Source: a virus
DNA length: 61,384 nucleotides
Reading direction: 5' to 3' (one strand)
Virus record (IMG/VR): IMGVR_UViG_3300050505_000464
Shown: one piece after another, positions 18,947 through 28,843 of the stretch
How the letters are laid out: the number at the start of each line of letters is the position of its first letter
Numbering within the stretch: the first letter of the stretch is position 1
Notes under the pieces: model-generated
Told to the model about the DNA's origin: nothing
Databases searched by the model: none
What the model saw: the letters and a program-made list of their open reading frames with translations, nothing else
Program-made: the position numbers and the translations under genes

Positions 18947-19902
18947 GAGAAAAAGCTGAGGCGGCGTTCAAGCTAGCGTTCCCAGTCCCGCCCCACTCGC
19001 TGGACGCGCACCGGTTCTTTTGCCAGGGCTATATCATGGGCGTCTGTGACCAGATCCGGGGCGATCTGGACGCGTCGCGCCAGTCGCATGCAGAGTCGTC
19101 CTTTTCCACGGAAGAGCGTGAGTCCCATCAGCCATGCTGGGCTTGTGGTGTCAGACCAAAGGAGTGGTTTGAAGCGCAGGAGCGGGCTGCGCCAGCTGAC
19201 GTTGATAGAACGCTTATACAACCAGCAACCGCCATCAACGAACCCGGCATCATCTGCGCCGCCGAGGGCGTGACGCTGGAGCCGGGGGAGTATGAGGTGA
19301 TGGAGACGCTGTACCAGAAGAGCCCATTGCGAGCGGTTGGCCAACGCTTCGTTGTCCGCACCAAGGAAGCTCCACGCGACGAGACATGGTCCGTTTGGCT
19401 TGCCGGGGAATGCTGGCGCGTAACCGCCGTCCGCCGCGTCGAGCCCGCGCCCACCCCGTCGGCAAGCGAGCGGTACATGCGACTGTTTCACTTGACCACG
19501 GAGCTGAACGCAGTCTCCAAAGAAGCTCAGGAGCACGCGAGCGCCCGAGCGGAACTCATCAAAGAGCGCGACGAGCTGCGCTCCAAGGTGAGCAAGCTGG
19601 AGGAACAAGGCAGGCGCGAGATTCGCGCGTGGAAGCTAGATGTTGATCGGCTCACTGAGTGTCGCGACCAGCTCTCCATCCGAGACTCGGAGATTGCCCG
19701 ACTGCGGGAGGAGCTAGAGGCCGAGCGACGAGCGTGTACGCAGCTTCACTGTGCCGTGTCGAACGCGTGGAGTAATTTCAGATTTGGCGGAGGCATGTAC
19801 TCGCTGCCGGATCTGTGCGCGGTGCTGGACGCCATAGCCAAGAGCGACCCACACGCGAAACAAGCTGACGCAATGGCGCCGGCTACGGGGAGCGAGCCGT
19901 GA
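18937..19902 (+). CDS. Mosaic hypothetical protein with coiled coil
   Basis: Long ORF with heptad region; coupled downstream. Confidence 0.6.
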   Translation: MSLREKAEAAFKLAFPVPPHSLDAHRFFCQGYIMGVCDQIRGDLDASRQSHAESSFSTEERESHQPCWACGVRPKEWFEAQERAAPADVDRTLIQPATAINEPGIICAAEGVTLEPGEYEVMETLYQKSPLRAVGQRFVVRTKEAPRDETWSVWLAGECWRVTAVRRVEPAPTPSASERYMRLFHLTTELNAVSKEAQEHASARAELIKERDELRSKVSKLEEQGRREIRAWKLDVDRLTECRDQLSIRDSEIARLREELEAERRACTQLHCAVSNAWSNFRFGGGMYSLPDLCAVLDAIAKSDPHAKQADAMAPATGSEP

Positions 19903-20639
19903 CCGCCGCAGACCGTGAGGAGGCCGCGAGGGAGCTGGACGCTGATTCTGCTGCGAGACAATACCTAAAGTGGAATCCCTCGTTAAGTTATCGCCCGACT
20001 TTGTCGATGATTCGCGCGGCTTGCGTCGCAATGTTCAATTTGGGTCGCGCCGCCTCAACCCCGCCCAGTCCCGAGCCTCGCCCTTACCGCTTTCCAGTTA
20101 CGGATGATCGCTTGGACGCGCCAGATGGGGCCATTGTCGACGGCTACCAACGAAGTGGCGACCAGTGGGTCAGGCTGCCCGAGCCACAAGCCCAACTGCG
20201 CCCAACGTCTGCCGAGGTCGCGTTCGGCTCAACGAAGCCGTGGCCACTGCGCGATTGCCTGGAATGCCTCGCTGACTTCGCTCACGAACGACTGACGACG
20301 CACGACTACGATGGGCACGGCTGGGAAGAATTGCAGCGCGCCAAAGACGAGGCGCGCGAGTACTTGGCGAATTGGCCCGCTCCACAAGCCGAACCGCAGA
20401 AAAAGTCACGCTGCATCCTGCTTCAAGCCGACACCTATGTTGCTGCGAATCCAGCAACTGGTGAAAGGGCGCGTATCGTGGCCACGATTCCGGTGGAGAG
20501 CCCCGAGCTGAAGCCGTCGACGGCGTATCTATTGGCGCAACTGAAAGCTTACAGGTTCGAGGTTACAGCGGCGGGCGAGACGTACTGGCGCGATGCGCTC
20601 TCCGAACTCGAGCGACGCCTGCAAGCGAAGGAGGGGTGA
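19899..20639 (+). CDS. Hypothetical protein
   Basis: GTGA-coupled ORF. Confidence 0.55.
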   Translation: MTAADREEAARELDADSAARQYLKWNPSLSYRPTLSMIRAACVAMFNLGRAASTPPSPEPRPYRFPVTDDRLDAPDGAIVDGYQRSGDQWVRLPEPQAQLRPTSAEVAFGSTKPWPLRDCLECLADFAHERLTTHDYDGHGWEELQRAKDEAREYLANWPAPQAEPQKKSRCILLQADTYVAANPATGERARIVATIPVESPELKPSTAYLLAQLKAYRFEVTAAGETYWRDALSELERRLQAKEG

Positions 20640-21145
20640 TGGCTGAGGCTTGTCCGGATTGTGGGCGCACACTGCAAAGCAGCCGCGCCATCGACGATTG
20701 GGAGCGCTTCGACGCGGTCGACTGTTCGCGCGAGTACGTGCCAGTGCATGATCAGGCTCGCCAATGCTACGAGCTGACCATTACCAAGCTCCGCGCCCGC
20801 CTCGCCGAGTTAGAATCTCAGTTATCGATGATGCGCGCCGCCTTCCGTCCGCAGAACATCGCCAACCCACGCGAGGCCCGCCAGCACATCGAAAACCTGC
20901 GAGTCGACGGAAAGGACGAGGCGATCATGTCGCTGGCTCGCGAGCTGCATGATGCCAATGCAAGAATTTCCGAGCTGGAGCAGCAACAGGCCGACGTGTC
21001 ACGAGCCGTCGCCCGCTCGCTGGCCAGCTACGACGATAAAACCAAGCGCAGCCTCAGTCGCTGTGAGCTGTCGCTGAACACGCTGGTCGAGGACATTCTC
21101 TTAGCCGAAGCGCGCGCCCGCAAAGCCACCAGTGGGGGCGGGTGA
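20636..21145 (+). CDS. Hypothetical coiled-coil protein
   Basis: GGAGG RBS, CPDC motif. Confidence 0.55.
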   Translation: MMAEACPDCGRTLQSSRAIDDWERFDAVDCSREYVPVHDQARQCYELTITKLRARLAELESQLSMMRAAFRPQNIANPREARQHIENLRVDGKDEAIMSLARELHDANARISELEQQQADVSRAVARSLASYDDKTKRSLSRCELSLNTLVEDILLAEARARKATSGGG

Positions 21146-21576
21146 TGGAGGCGGAGCCCTGGTGCGTTTTCGGTTCCGGCTCGCGCGATCTCCGTCGCGA
21201 GCACTACCCGCTCATCAAGGCTGCGCTCGAGAAGTACGCCGAGCCACGGGGCGGCGTCTTCATTCACGGCGATGGGGAGGGTCGAAACGGATCGATCGGC
21301 TTCGACAAGCTCGCGGTGGCGGCGGCGGAGCGGCTCGGCTTTCGGCACTACGGATTCCCCGCAGATTGGGAGCGGCTGAAAAAACCAGCCGGCCCCATCC
21401 GGAATCGCCTCTGCGCGAAGGTGCTGTTTGCGTTCGAGGGGGCGGGGTATCGGCTAGCATTCATTGCGTTCCCGACGGGGAGCACCGGCACGGGACGCAC
21501 GATCGATCTCGTGACCAAGCTGCGCGCTGAGCGCGGCATCCCAGTGCAGATCGAACAATTCCCGGTCACGCTTTAG
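21142..21576 (+). CDS. YspA/SLOG-family (DUF2493-like) protein
   Basis: GSGSR, FIHGD, FPADW...AGPIRN, IAFP..STGT motifs. Confidence 0.85.
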   Translation: MMEAEPWCVFGSGSRDLRREHYPLIKAALEKYAEPRGGVFIHGDGEGRNGSIGFDKLAVAAAERLGFRHYGFPADWERLKKPAGPIRNRLCAKVLFAFEGAGYRLAFIAFPTGSTGTGRTIDLVTKLRAERGIPVQIEQFPVTL

Positions 21577-22004
21577 CGTGCCCATTCGACGAGGAGAGCG
21601 AGACATGTTGGCAACGTTTCGGTACACTGAATGCGATTAGGTCTGGCCATGACTGATCGCGCGGTAGCGATTGAGATGAGTCGAGCCCACGAGGTCTTTT
21701 ATCGGAAGCTGGGGCTCTTCACGGCTGCGGTTGCGGCACAGCGACATGCCGATGCGCTTGAGGCCGGAGGCTCATTGCGCCTGAACACCTACCAGATCGA
21801 TCGTGGTGCTACCGATGGGTGTGAGCCATTCATCCTCGACTCTTTCTTCGGGATATTCTCAGGGGATGAAGCGGGGACCCTCCTGATGAGCCGCGATGGG
21901 GCGTTGAGAGTGTTCATGGGGCTCACGGTATTTTTGGAACTCCGGCGAGAGGATTTGCTGGAGCTCATCGACCGGATCGACCAAACCGAGAAAGATCTTA
22001 CTAC

Positions 22005-22277
22005 ATGAAATTCACCGTCAAGATCTGGGATCGCTGGAACGAAGAAGAAGAGGACGCGCGAGAGATCGAGGTCGAGAGCTATGAAGACCACCTGAAAGCT
22101 GAGAACATTTTTCTTCGAGGGGCCGTGCAGTCGTTCGTGGAAAGGAACTGGGCGGATAGCGACTACCCAAGGGCGACTTCTGTGCGCGTGCGCACGCCGG
22201 ATGGCGCGCTGCTCGAGTTTGAGGTGTACGCCGAGCAGGAGGTGCTCTTCCGCGCCGTCCCCACGGTACTCCCATGA
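22005..22277 (+). CDS. Acidic hypothetical protein
   Basis: ATGA-coupled ORF. Confidence 0.55.
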   Translation: MKFTVKIWDRWNEEEEDAREIEVESYEDHLKAENIFLRGAVQSFVERNWADSDYPRATSVRVRTPDGALLEFEVYAEQEVLFRAVPTVLP

Positions 22278-22715
22278 ATCCCCTCACCGATCGCGTCCCG
22301 ACGGGAAGCCGCGCGATCGATGTAGCGTTCAACGGGATCGATGGCGTGATCATCGTGGTGCTGCTCGTCGCGTTTCTGGTGTTCGGGAGAAGGTCGAAAG
22401 ATTGGGGGCCGAGACAATGACCGAAGCGCTCAAGCAGTGGGAAGATCTCGTCCGCTTCGTGAATAGCTCACCCCCGCGCTTTGGCGCACCGGGCGTGCGC
22501 GATCCGGAGTACCCGTGCGAGCTCTTCGACGGGAGGGGCTATGACGGTCGAGGCGATTGCCTGTCCGACGGACACTACCTGTGCAAAGAATGCTCGCACC
22601 TGTCACCGAAGGCGCCGCGCTTCGAAGGGATCGAAGGTCGAGCGGACCGTTTGCTGTTGTTCTGGGGAAGGAAGCGGTTTGACTCCCCCACCACTCGCCG
22701 CTAGAAACGCTCCCC

Positions 22716-23315
22716 ATGGATTTACTTACCGCGATCTTCGATCAGCTGATGCGAATGACTCCGCACAAGACGGACACCGAGACGAAGGCCGAGCGCGCCG
22801 CGCGCATGCACGTCGTCGCGCAATCGATCAACAGCGTCACCAAGCGCGCGGCTTGCACGGGTCTTCCCGTCGAGCAGTGTCGACCGATCTTCAGCGACCG
22901 CCGCATGCTGGCAGCTCTCCTGCTCGGCAAGGGCCACTTCGAGTCGGACTTCGCGCAGTACGTGCACGAGGGCCATTGCGATCAGGGTCCGGTTGGCGCC
23001 CGCTGCGACTCGGACCGCTTCGGCGTCGCCCGCGCGCATGGCCCCTGGCAACAGTGGAAGCTGTCGGTCTTCCCACAGGCCGACTGGGACGCGATGCACG
23101 CTTCCACACCGGAGGCCACCGAGCTTGCGGCCTGGCACGCGGCGAAACTCCTCGCGGGCTCGCGCTCGATGTGCAAGCAGGCGTTCGGGGGGGATGAGAT
23201 CCAGGCTGCCATCGCGGGCTTCTCCGGCAGCTGCACAATGGGGCTCTCGCCGAAGAAGGTCGCCTACCAAGCGGCGACGGTACGGAAGATCTTGGCGACG
23301 CTGCCCGCCGAATGA
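22716..23315 (+). CDS. Lysozyme-fold/transglycosylase-like protein
   Basis: HFESDF catalytic-Glu-like motif followed by GPWQ. Confidence 0.45.
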   Translation: MDLLTAIFDQLMRMTPHKTDTETKAERAARMHVVAQSINSVTKRAACTGLPVEQCRPIFSDRRMLAALLLGKGHFESDFAQYVHEGHCDQGPVGARCDSDRFGVARAHGPWQQWKLSVFPQADWDAMHASTPEATELAAWHAAKLLAGSRSMCKQAFGGDEIQAAIAGFSGSCTMGLSPKKVAYQAATVRKILATLPAE

Positions 23316-23582
23316 AAGGTACGACCATGCTCACCCCCGAACGCATCAAACAGGGTCTCTCCGCCGCATGGACTGCAGAAGACCGGCTGCTGGCGATAGC
23401 GGCCCTGCTCCCTGACATGCAAACCGACATCTACGCCGGGCGCTACAGCGCCCCCGGTCGCCCAAACATCACGAGCTTGCAGCACATCATGGTCGAGCCC
23501 GCTGAGGTGCTCGAAGCCGGTAACGTGCGCGCGACCCTCGCTCCGCTCGTGAAGAAGCTAGAGTTCTAGGGGCATCGCCCCC

Positions 23583-23616
23583 AAAACTTTCGTTTCTCCT
23601 GCCTCCCGGGTATCCT
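23583..23616 (+). promoter_or_regulatory. Late-type promoter
   Basis: AAAAC-TTTCGT-17bp-(GGG)TATCCT; ATG at 23626. Confidence 0.5.
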
Positions 23617-23625
23617 CTCCCGGGC

Positions 23626-24054
23626 ATGGAGTTCGATCCGGAAAACCGCCCCCGCCCGATGTACCCGGGCTTTGGCGATGACGCGCCTGCCGAGCCCGCT
23701 CCGGCTCCGTCCCCCATGCCGATGCCTCAGCCGATGGTCTCCCCGCAGACCCAGCAGCAGCTCCCCGCTCCGGCTCCCGCCCCGGACCCCAAAGCCTCGC
23801 GCCGCGCCGGCGCGGCCGTGCTGCTGGTTGGCGTCGGTGTGGGCACGGGCGCCCTGGTCGGCGGGGCCTGGGGCGCGGGCTCCGGACTCTTTCTCGCCGG
23901 CGCCCTCTCGAACGCCTACCGTGCCAACTCCCTGTGGCGCTCGGGCTTCGCCGACGATCGCAAGGAAGCCGTCAAAACCACCGTCATGACCGTACTCGGG
24001 CTGGGACTCGCCGGCTACCTCGGCTACCGCGCCCAGCAAGCTCGCGACGATTGA
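23626..24054 (+). CDS. Pro-rich membrane protein
   Basis: Pro/Gln-rich N-terminus, Gly-rich hydrophobic helices. Confidence 0.7.
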   Translation: MEFDPENRPRPMYPGFGDDAPAEPAPAPSPMPMPQPMVSPQTQQQLPAPAPAPDPKASRRAGAAVLLVGVGVGTGALVGGAWGAGSGLFLAGALSNAYRANSLWRSGFADDRKEAVKTTVMTVLGLGLAGYLGYRAQQARDD

Positions 24055-24065
24055 AAGGATCCCCC

Positions 24066-24374
24066 ATGAGCTACTCGAAAATGGTTCGGCCGCTTGCCCC
24101 CTCGCGCTTCGGGCGTGGCCTCAAAGGACTCGGCTCAATGCTGGACGCCAACGTGCTGACGAGCGCGTGGTACCTGCCCCTGGTCGAGACGATCAACAAC
24201 AAGACGGGGCAGCGCTCGTACCGCTGGGCGCCGATGAAGTACCTATCCAACTGGGACGCCCTCGGCTACAACATGTCCTTCACGAACTACGCCTCCGGCA
24301 TCCGCCAAGAATCGACGCTGTACCAATGGGACGGCAAGCAATGGCGGAAGACGACCGTGCAGTCGAGCCTCTGA
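24066..24374 (+). CDS. Hypothetical (virion?) protein
   Basis: AAGGA RBS; GRGLKGLG motif; high GC3 codon bias. Confidence 0.6.
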   Translation: MSYSKMVRPLAPSRFGRGLKGLGSMLDANVLTSAWYLPLVETINNKTGQRSYRWAPMKYLSNWDALGYNMSFTNYASGIRQESTLYQWDGKQWRKTTVQSSL

Positions 24375-24404
24375 TCTCGCGCCCCGATTGAAAAGAAAGT
24401 AGCC

Positions 24405-25238
24405 ATGAGCGAAGTCGTTCTGTTTGACCCCCAGGTCTCGATGTGCCGCTTCCTCCGGCCTTTCCCGAACTTCGAGCGCGTTTATCAGGGGAAAGACGGG
24501 ACGCGGCCGATTGCGTTCCCGGGCGTGCTCGATCTGTACGCCGAAAAAGGCGTCACCGGCTACGACCCGAACCTGCTCGGCGGCATCACCGTGCCGATGG
24601 GATCGCGCGTCACGATCTGGATCCCGCAGACCATCGCCGGCTACGACGTGAACGCCCTCTACCGCTACCAGATCCTCTGGCGCATGCGAAACGTGCGCGA
24701 CTATCGCGCGGGTCAAGCCGAAGGCCAGGTGACGCCGACGCAAAACTACTCGAGCTACCACCTCACGACGAGCGGCCTCGGTCAGCCCCAGTCGAACACT
24801 CCGAGCGCGCTGAACCAGCGCTACTTCCTCCCCGGGTCAACGCGCACCGTCGCCTTCGAGCAGGCCGAGCCCGCGCTCGGTCTTCCGGGCATCATTCACC
24901 TGACCGGCGAGCAGCTCCAGCCGACGCTCGATCCGGTTTGGGTGCAGCCGCTCACGCCCTCGGGTGCGGATGGCACCTGGCAGCAAGGCGTGTACGTCAA
25001 CTCGTCCCAACCGAACAACGGTGGCCCCTCCTGGCTCACCTTCAGCTGCGACGCCGACGGGGATGAGATGAGCATCCTCGCCTACAAGATCCCGCCCGGC
25101 GAAGGATCGCCCCCCGCCTGGGATTTCACGACCGCCGATCCGGGCGATCTGGCCTTCTCGAACACCTTCGGTACCGGAAACGGCCAGAACCAACCGAACC
25201 CCTTCACGTCGATCTTGGTGATGACCGGTACGCCGTGA
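24405..25238 (+). CDS. Putative virion structural protein
   Basis: 277 aa, beta-rich Pro/Gly/Thr composition, in late unit; no family recognised. Confidence 0.55.
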   Translation: MSEVVLFDPQVSMCRFLRPFPNFERVYQGKDGTRPIAFPGVLDLYAEKGVTGYDPNLLGGITVPMGSRVTIWIPQTIAGYDVNALYRYQILWRMRNVRDYRAGQAEGQVTPTQNYSSYHLTTSGLGQPQSNTPSALNQRYFLPGSTRTVAFEQAEPALGLPGIIHLTGEQLQPTLDPVWVQPLTPSGADGTWQQGVYVNSSQPNNGGPSWLTFSCDADGDEMSILAYKIPPGEGSPPAWDFTTADPGDLAFSNTFGTGNGQNQPNPFTSILVMTGTP

Positions 25239-25440
25239 CGAAGTGCGCCCATGATTGGGAGACGGGGCGCTTCGGTCACCTCTGCCGATTGTGTGGAGAA
25301 TCGGGGTTGCATGCATTCGAGGTGGCGATGGTCGATGCCAAGGGTCACGAGCCGCGCGCCTGCGTGATCTGCCAACATTTGCATTGCCCGCAGTGCTACG
25401 CCGAAGCCGAGCGTGAAGTGCGCGCTCAACGCGCGCTCCA

Positions 25441-26259
25441 TTGATGCCGCTCCTCAAGCCCTGCCCCGCCCCGCTCCCGCCTCAGGTCGACAAGATCTGG
25501 GTCGTGGTGCCATTCAGTCGGCCCGAGCACTGGGAGCGCGTGCTCGGGAACTTCTCCCGCCAGCGCTTCCCTGGGAAGAGACTCATCGTGGTGGGCAACG
25601 GCCGCGCGGGGAACGCGGGCGCATTGTCACTAGGTAACGCGCACTGGATTACCTCCGCGCCCCACATCTCCCACGCCAAGAACGAAGCCCTCGAATTCAT
25701 CAAGCGTCACGGCGGCGGCTTCTTTGCGACGATGGATGACGACGACTGGTATGGCCCGGGCTACCTCGACGAGATCGCGGGGCTCGCGCGCTCGGCCGAT
25801 GCCTTCGGCAAGCAGCGCCACTTCGTCTCGCTCGGAGACGACATCTCAGATCCGAAGCCGCAGCTGCTGCTCACGGGTCGCATCGAGGCCGATCTCAATC
25901 CAGCCTCTTGGCTTACCGGCGGCACGATCAGCGGCTGGTCAGAAACGGCCCTCCCCTACCGAGCGGTCCCGACGGAAGATCTCGACTGGTGCGCCCGCAT
26001 GCGCGCGAATGGCGCGAGCCTCCGTGCCCTATCGATCTACCACTACCTCTACCGCCGCTCGTACGCAGGAGCCCGGCACACTTGGGAACAGTCGCGGCAA
26101 GCCTGCTTGTCGGCCCAGCAGCGCGCGGGCGCGCTTGAGTTCCCGGTGACGAAATCAGGCGAAGTCGATCTCGAAATCGTGACCGGCGACAAGGCTCCGA
26201 CCGAATATCGAGTCGTCGGGCAGAAGCGCTTCATTCCCACTATTCAAACGCATCCGTAG
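25441..26259 (+). CDS. GT-A (GT2-like) glycosyltransferase
   Basis: VVVPFSRP, AKNEAL, MDDDDWYGPGYL DxD motif, TEDLDW. Confidence 0.8.
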   Translation: MMPLLKPCPAPLPPQVDKIWVVVPFSRPEHWERVLGNFSRQRFPGKRLIVVGNGRAGNAGALSLGNAHWITSAPHISHAKNEALEFIKRHGGGFFATMDDDDWYGPGYLDEIAGLARSADAFGKQRHFVSLGDDISDPKPQLLLTGRIEADLNPASWLTGGTISGWSETALPYRAVPTEDLDWCARMRANGASLRALSIYHYLYRRSYAGARHTWEQSRQACLSAQQRAGALEFPVTKSGEVDLEIVTGDKAPTEYRVVGQKRFIPTIQTHP

Positions 26260-26277
26260 TCGGTAGGCTCCCGGGCC

Positions 26278-27687
26278 ATGATTAGCGTCTTCACGCCGCT
26301 CACGGCATCCGGAAACCCCTACATCGAAGCGGCCTGGGAGACGCTGAAAACGCAGACGGTGCAGGACTTCGAGTGGGTTGTGCTCGAAAACCACGGCGGC
26401 AAGCTGCCGGGTGAGATCCGTAGCGATCCGCGCGTCAAGGTATATGTCGACACGACGTGCGAAGGCATCGGTGCCATCAAACGCCACTGCTGCGAGCTCG
26501 CCATAGGCGACTTTCTCCTCGAGCTCGATCACGACGACTTGCTGCACGAGACGGCGCTCGAGAAAACGATCGCTGCCCTCGCGCACGCTGACTTCGCCTA
26601 CTCGGACACGGCGGAGTTTAAGGTGGACTACCCGATCGATCTGGCAATACTCGGCAGAGATCCAGCCGCGCCGAAGGCGCTGCTTGATGCGCACCGGGAG
26701 GCGCATAAAAACGCGCGCTGGATCCCGAACACCTACTCCTCCGAGTACGGCTGGAAAACGTACCCCGTCACCTTCCAGGGTCACGAGCTCCGTGCGCACG
26801 TGCAGCCCCCGGCGACGCCGCAAAATCTCCGCCGCGTCGAGTGGTCCCCGAACCACCTCCGCGCCTGGCGCAAGGACGCGTACTGGAAGGTCGGCGGCCA
26901 CAACGCGGACCTGCCCGTCATCGACGACCACGAGCTCATCGTGCGGATGTTCCTCGCGGGTCTCCGCTTCAAACACATCCCTGAGTGTTTGTATTTTTAC
27001 CGCGTCCACAACGGTAACACCGTCGCGAGAGACAACGCGCTCATTCAGCGCCTGACCCAGGACGTGTACGACCAAAACATCACCGCGCTCGCGGAGAAGT
27101 TTGCTCGCGACACATTGACGGCGGATGGCTACTATTTGACGAAGATCGATCTCTGCGGTGCCATCGACACCGCCCCCGGCTACCAACCGCTCGACCTCTC
27201 TCTCGGTCACGACCTCGATCAGCGCTGGCCGCTCGAAGACAACTCCGTCGGCGTGATCCGCGCGCACGACGCCATCGAGCACCTCAAAGATCCCATCCAC
27301 ACCATGAACGAAGCCTACCGCGTGCTCGCCCCGGGCGGCTTCCTCCTCATCCGTGTGCCGTCGACCACGGGTCCCATGATTCGGACGCCCATCGAAGAGA
27401 CGGTCGTCGCGCGCGACGGCGGCGAGTTTCACTGGGTAGCGAGCGCAGGTCGCGGCGCTTTCCAAGACCCGACCCACGTCTCCTTCTGGAACGAAAACTC
27501 ATTCTGGTATTACACGAAGGGCTCGCACGCCCGCTACCTGAAGGGCCTCCGGGCGCGCTTCCAGGCGATTCGCCTCCGCACCTACTACCCGGACGATTTC
27601 CATCAGGAGCACGCGATCCCCTACGTGGAGGCACATCTCGTGGCGTTGAAGGAAGGCTACGAGCCGATGGGGATCGTGGAGATCTGA
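26278..27687 (+). CDS. GT2 glycosyltransferase fused to class I SAM methyltransferase-like domain
   Basis: ISVFTP, ELDHDD, DDHEL; C-terminal IDLCG, IEHLKDPIHTMNEAYRVLAPGG, QDPTHVSFW. Confidence 0.88.
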   Translation: MISVFTPLTASGNPYIEAAWETLKTQTVQDFEWVVLENHGGKLPGEIRSDPRVKVYVDTTCEGIGAIKRHCCELAIGDFLLELDHDDLLHETALEKTIAALAHADFAYSDTAEFKVDYPIDLAILGRDPAAPKALLDAHREAHKNARWIPNTYSSEYGWKTYPVTFQGHELRAHVQPPATPQNLRRVEWSPNHLRAWRKDAYWKVGGHNADLPVIDDHELIVRMFLAGLRFKHIPECLYFYRVHNGNTVARDNALIQRLTQDVYDQNITALAEKFARDTLTADGYYLTKIDLCGAIDTAPGYQPLDLSLGHDLDQRWPLEDNSVGVIRAHDAIEHLKDPIHTMNEAYRVLAPGGFLLIRVPSTTGPMIRTPIEETVVARDGGEFHWVASAGRGAFQDPTHVSFWNENSFWYYTKGSHARYLKGLRARFQAIRLRTYYPDDFHQEHAIPYVEAHLVALKEGYEPMGIVEI

Positions 27688-27689
27688 AC

Positions 27690-27959
27690 ATGCCAGCAAA
27701 AACTGAAGTAGGAAAAGCCGCCGAGCGCCTCATCGTCAAGCTGCAATCGAGCGGCATTCTGGATGGCCACGACTCGACCGAGATCCTGACGGCCTTCATC
27801 GGCGTGGCGGCGGAAGCCCTTCATCGGGACCGTCAGCTGTCGCCCATGAATGGCCTCAGCGTGATCAGCGAAACGGCGCTGAAGATGATGCGGCACGAGA
27901 GGGCGACGGGGATGCTGAAGGCGATCTTTGCCCGCTCGCAGTGGCGCGCGGGGAACTAA
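27690..27959 (+). CDS. Hypothetical protein
   Basis: ORF directly after GT-MTase gene. Confidence 0.45.
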   Translation: MPAKTEVGKAAERLIVKLQSSGILDGHDSTEILTAFIGVAAEALHRDRQLSPMNGLSVISETALKMMRHERATGMLKAIFARSQWRAGN

Positions 27960-27990
27960 CGAATCTGGGGAATGCCGAGATCTCTACTGC

Positions 27991-28710
27991 ATGAGTGACC
28001 TGCCGTTGATCGAGCTGGGTGACGGGATCGTCGGTCTCAGCAGCCTGCCGCCGGGGAGCGCGTCGTTGATCTTATCCGATCTGCCATCGGGAGAGACCCG
28101 AGCGGAATTTGATGTTGCCCCCGATCTGACCGAGCTATGGCCAGCAGTTTGGACCGCTCTGCCCGATGACGGCATCGCCATTTTCATGGCGTCGTCTCTG
28201 CGTTTTGCGGCGGCGCTCCAGTCCTCTCAGGATAAGTACTTTCGACATGATCTGATCTGGTCCAAGAGCCTCGCCACCGGACACCTTAATGCCAAGCGCC
28301 AGCCCCTGCGCGCGCACGAATTCATTTTGGTATTTTCTCGACGACCGGGCTGCTACATTCCGCAGATGTTGCAAGGCGCCTCTCCCATCCATGCCGCCCG
28401 CCGAGCGCATCACGGTGAAAATTATGGTCGTCAGACGCGGGTGAATGACAGCCGGGCCGGTGCGACCGATCGGTTTCCGACGAGTGTCCTGGAATTCGCC
28501 AGCGTCGGGACCAGCAGCAAATCGAGGGTGCATCCTCAGCAGAAGCCGGAGCCATTGCTGCGATACCTGATTCGCAGCTACTCCAGGCCAGGAGGATTAG
28601 TCGTAGATCCCTACGCGGGAAGCGGGAGCACCGGAAGCGCGGCGATGGCTGAAGGGCGCCGATTTCGGGGATGGGATTCTTCGCCGCGATTTGCAAGGAG
28701 CGCGATCTAG
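27991..28710 (+). CDS. DNA N6-A/N4-C methyltransferase (beta class), atypical motif IV
   Basis: LILSDLPSG (for DPPY/DLPY), HPQQKPEPLLRYLI, DPYAGSGST. Confidence 0.85.
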   Translation: MSDLPLIELGDGIVGLSSLPPGSASLILSDLPSGETRAEFDVAPDLTELWPAVWTALPDDGIAIFMASSLRFAAALQSSQDKYFRHDLIWSKSLATGHLNAKRQPLRAHEFILVFSRRPGCYIPQMLQGASPIHAARRAHHGENYGRQTRVNDSRAGATDRFPTSVLEFASVGTSSKSRVHPQQKPEPLLRYLIRSYSRPGGLVVDPYAGSGSTGSAAMAEGRRFRGWDSSPRFARSAI

Positions 28711-28714
28711 CCTC

Positions 28715-28750
28715 AAAAAGTTGCAGCCCGCTCCCCCATCGGGATAGGCT
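28715..28750 (+). promoter_or_regulatory. Late-type promoter
   Basis: AAAAAG-TTGCAG-18bp-TAGGCT. Confidence 0.65.
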
Positions 28751-28843
28751 TTCCCCACTCTATCGGTATTCGGGCGACTGCTCGAATCAGGACGGTCGAG
28801 CTCGGGCTGCGGTGTATCCGCGGCTGAGGAGCCCCTTCCGCCC

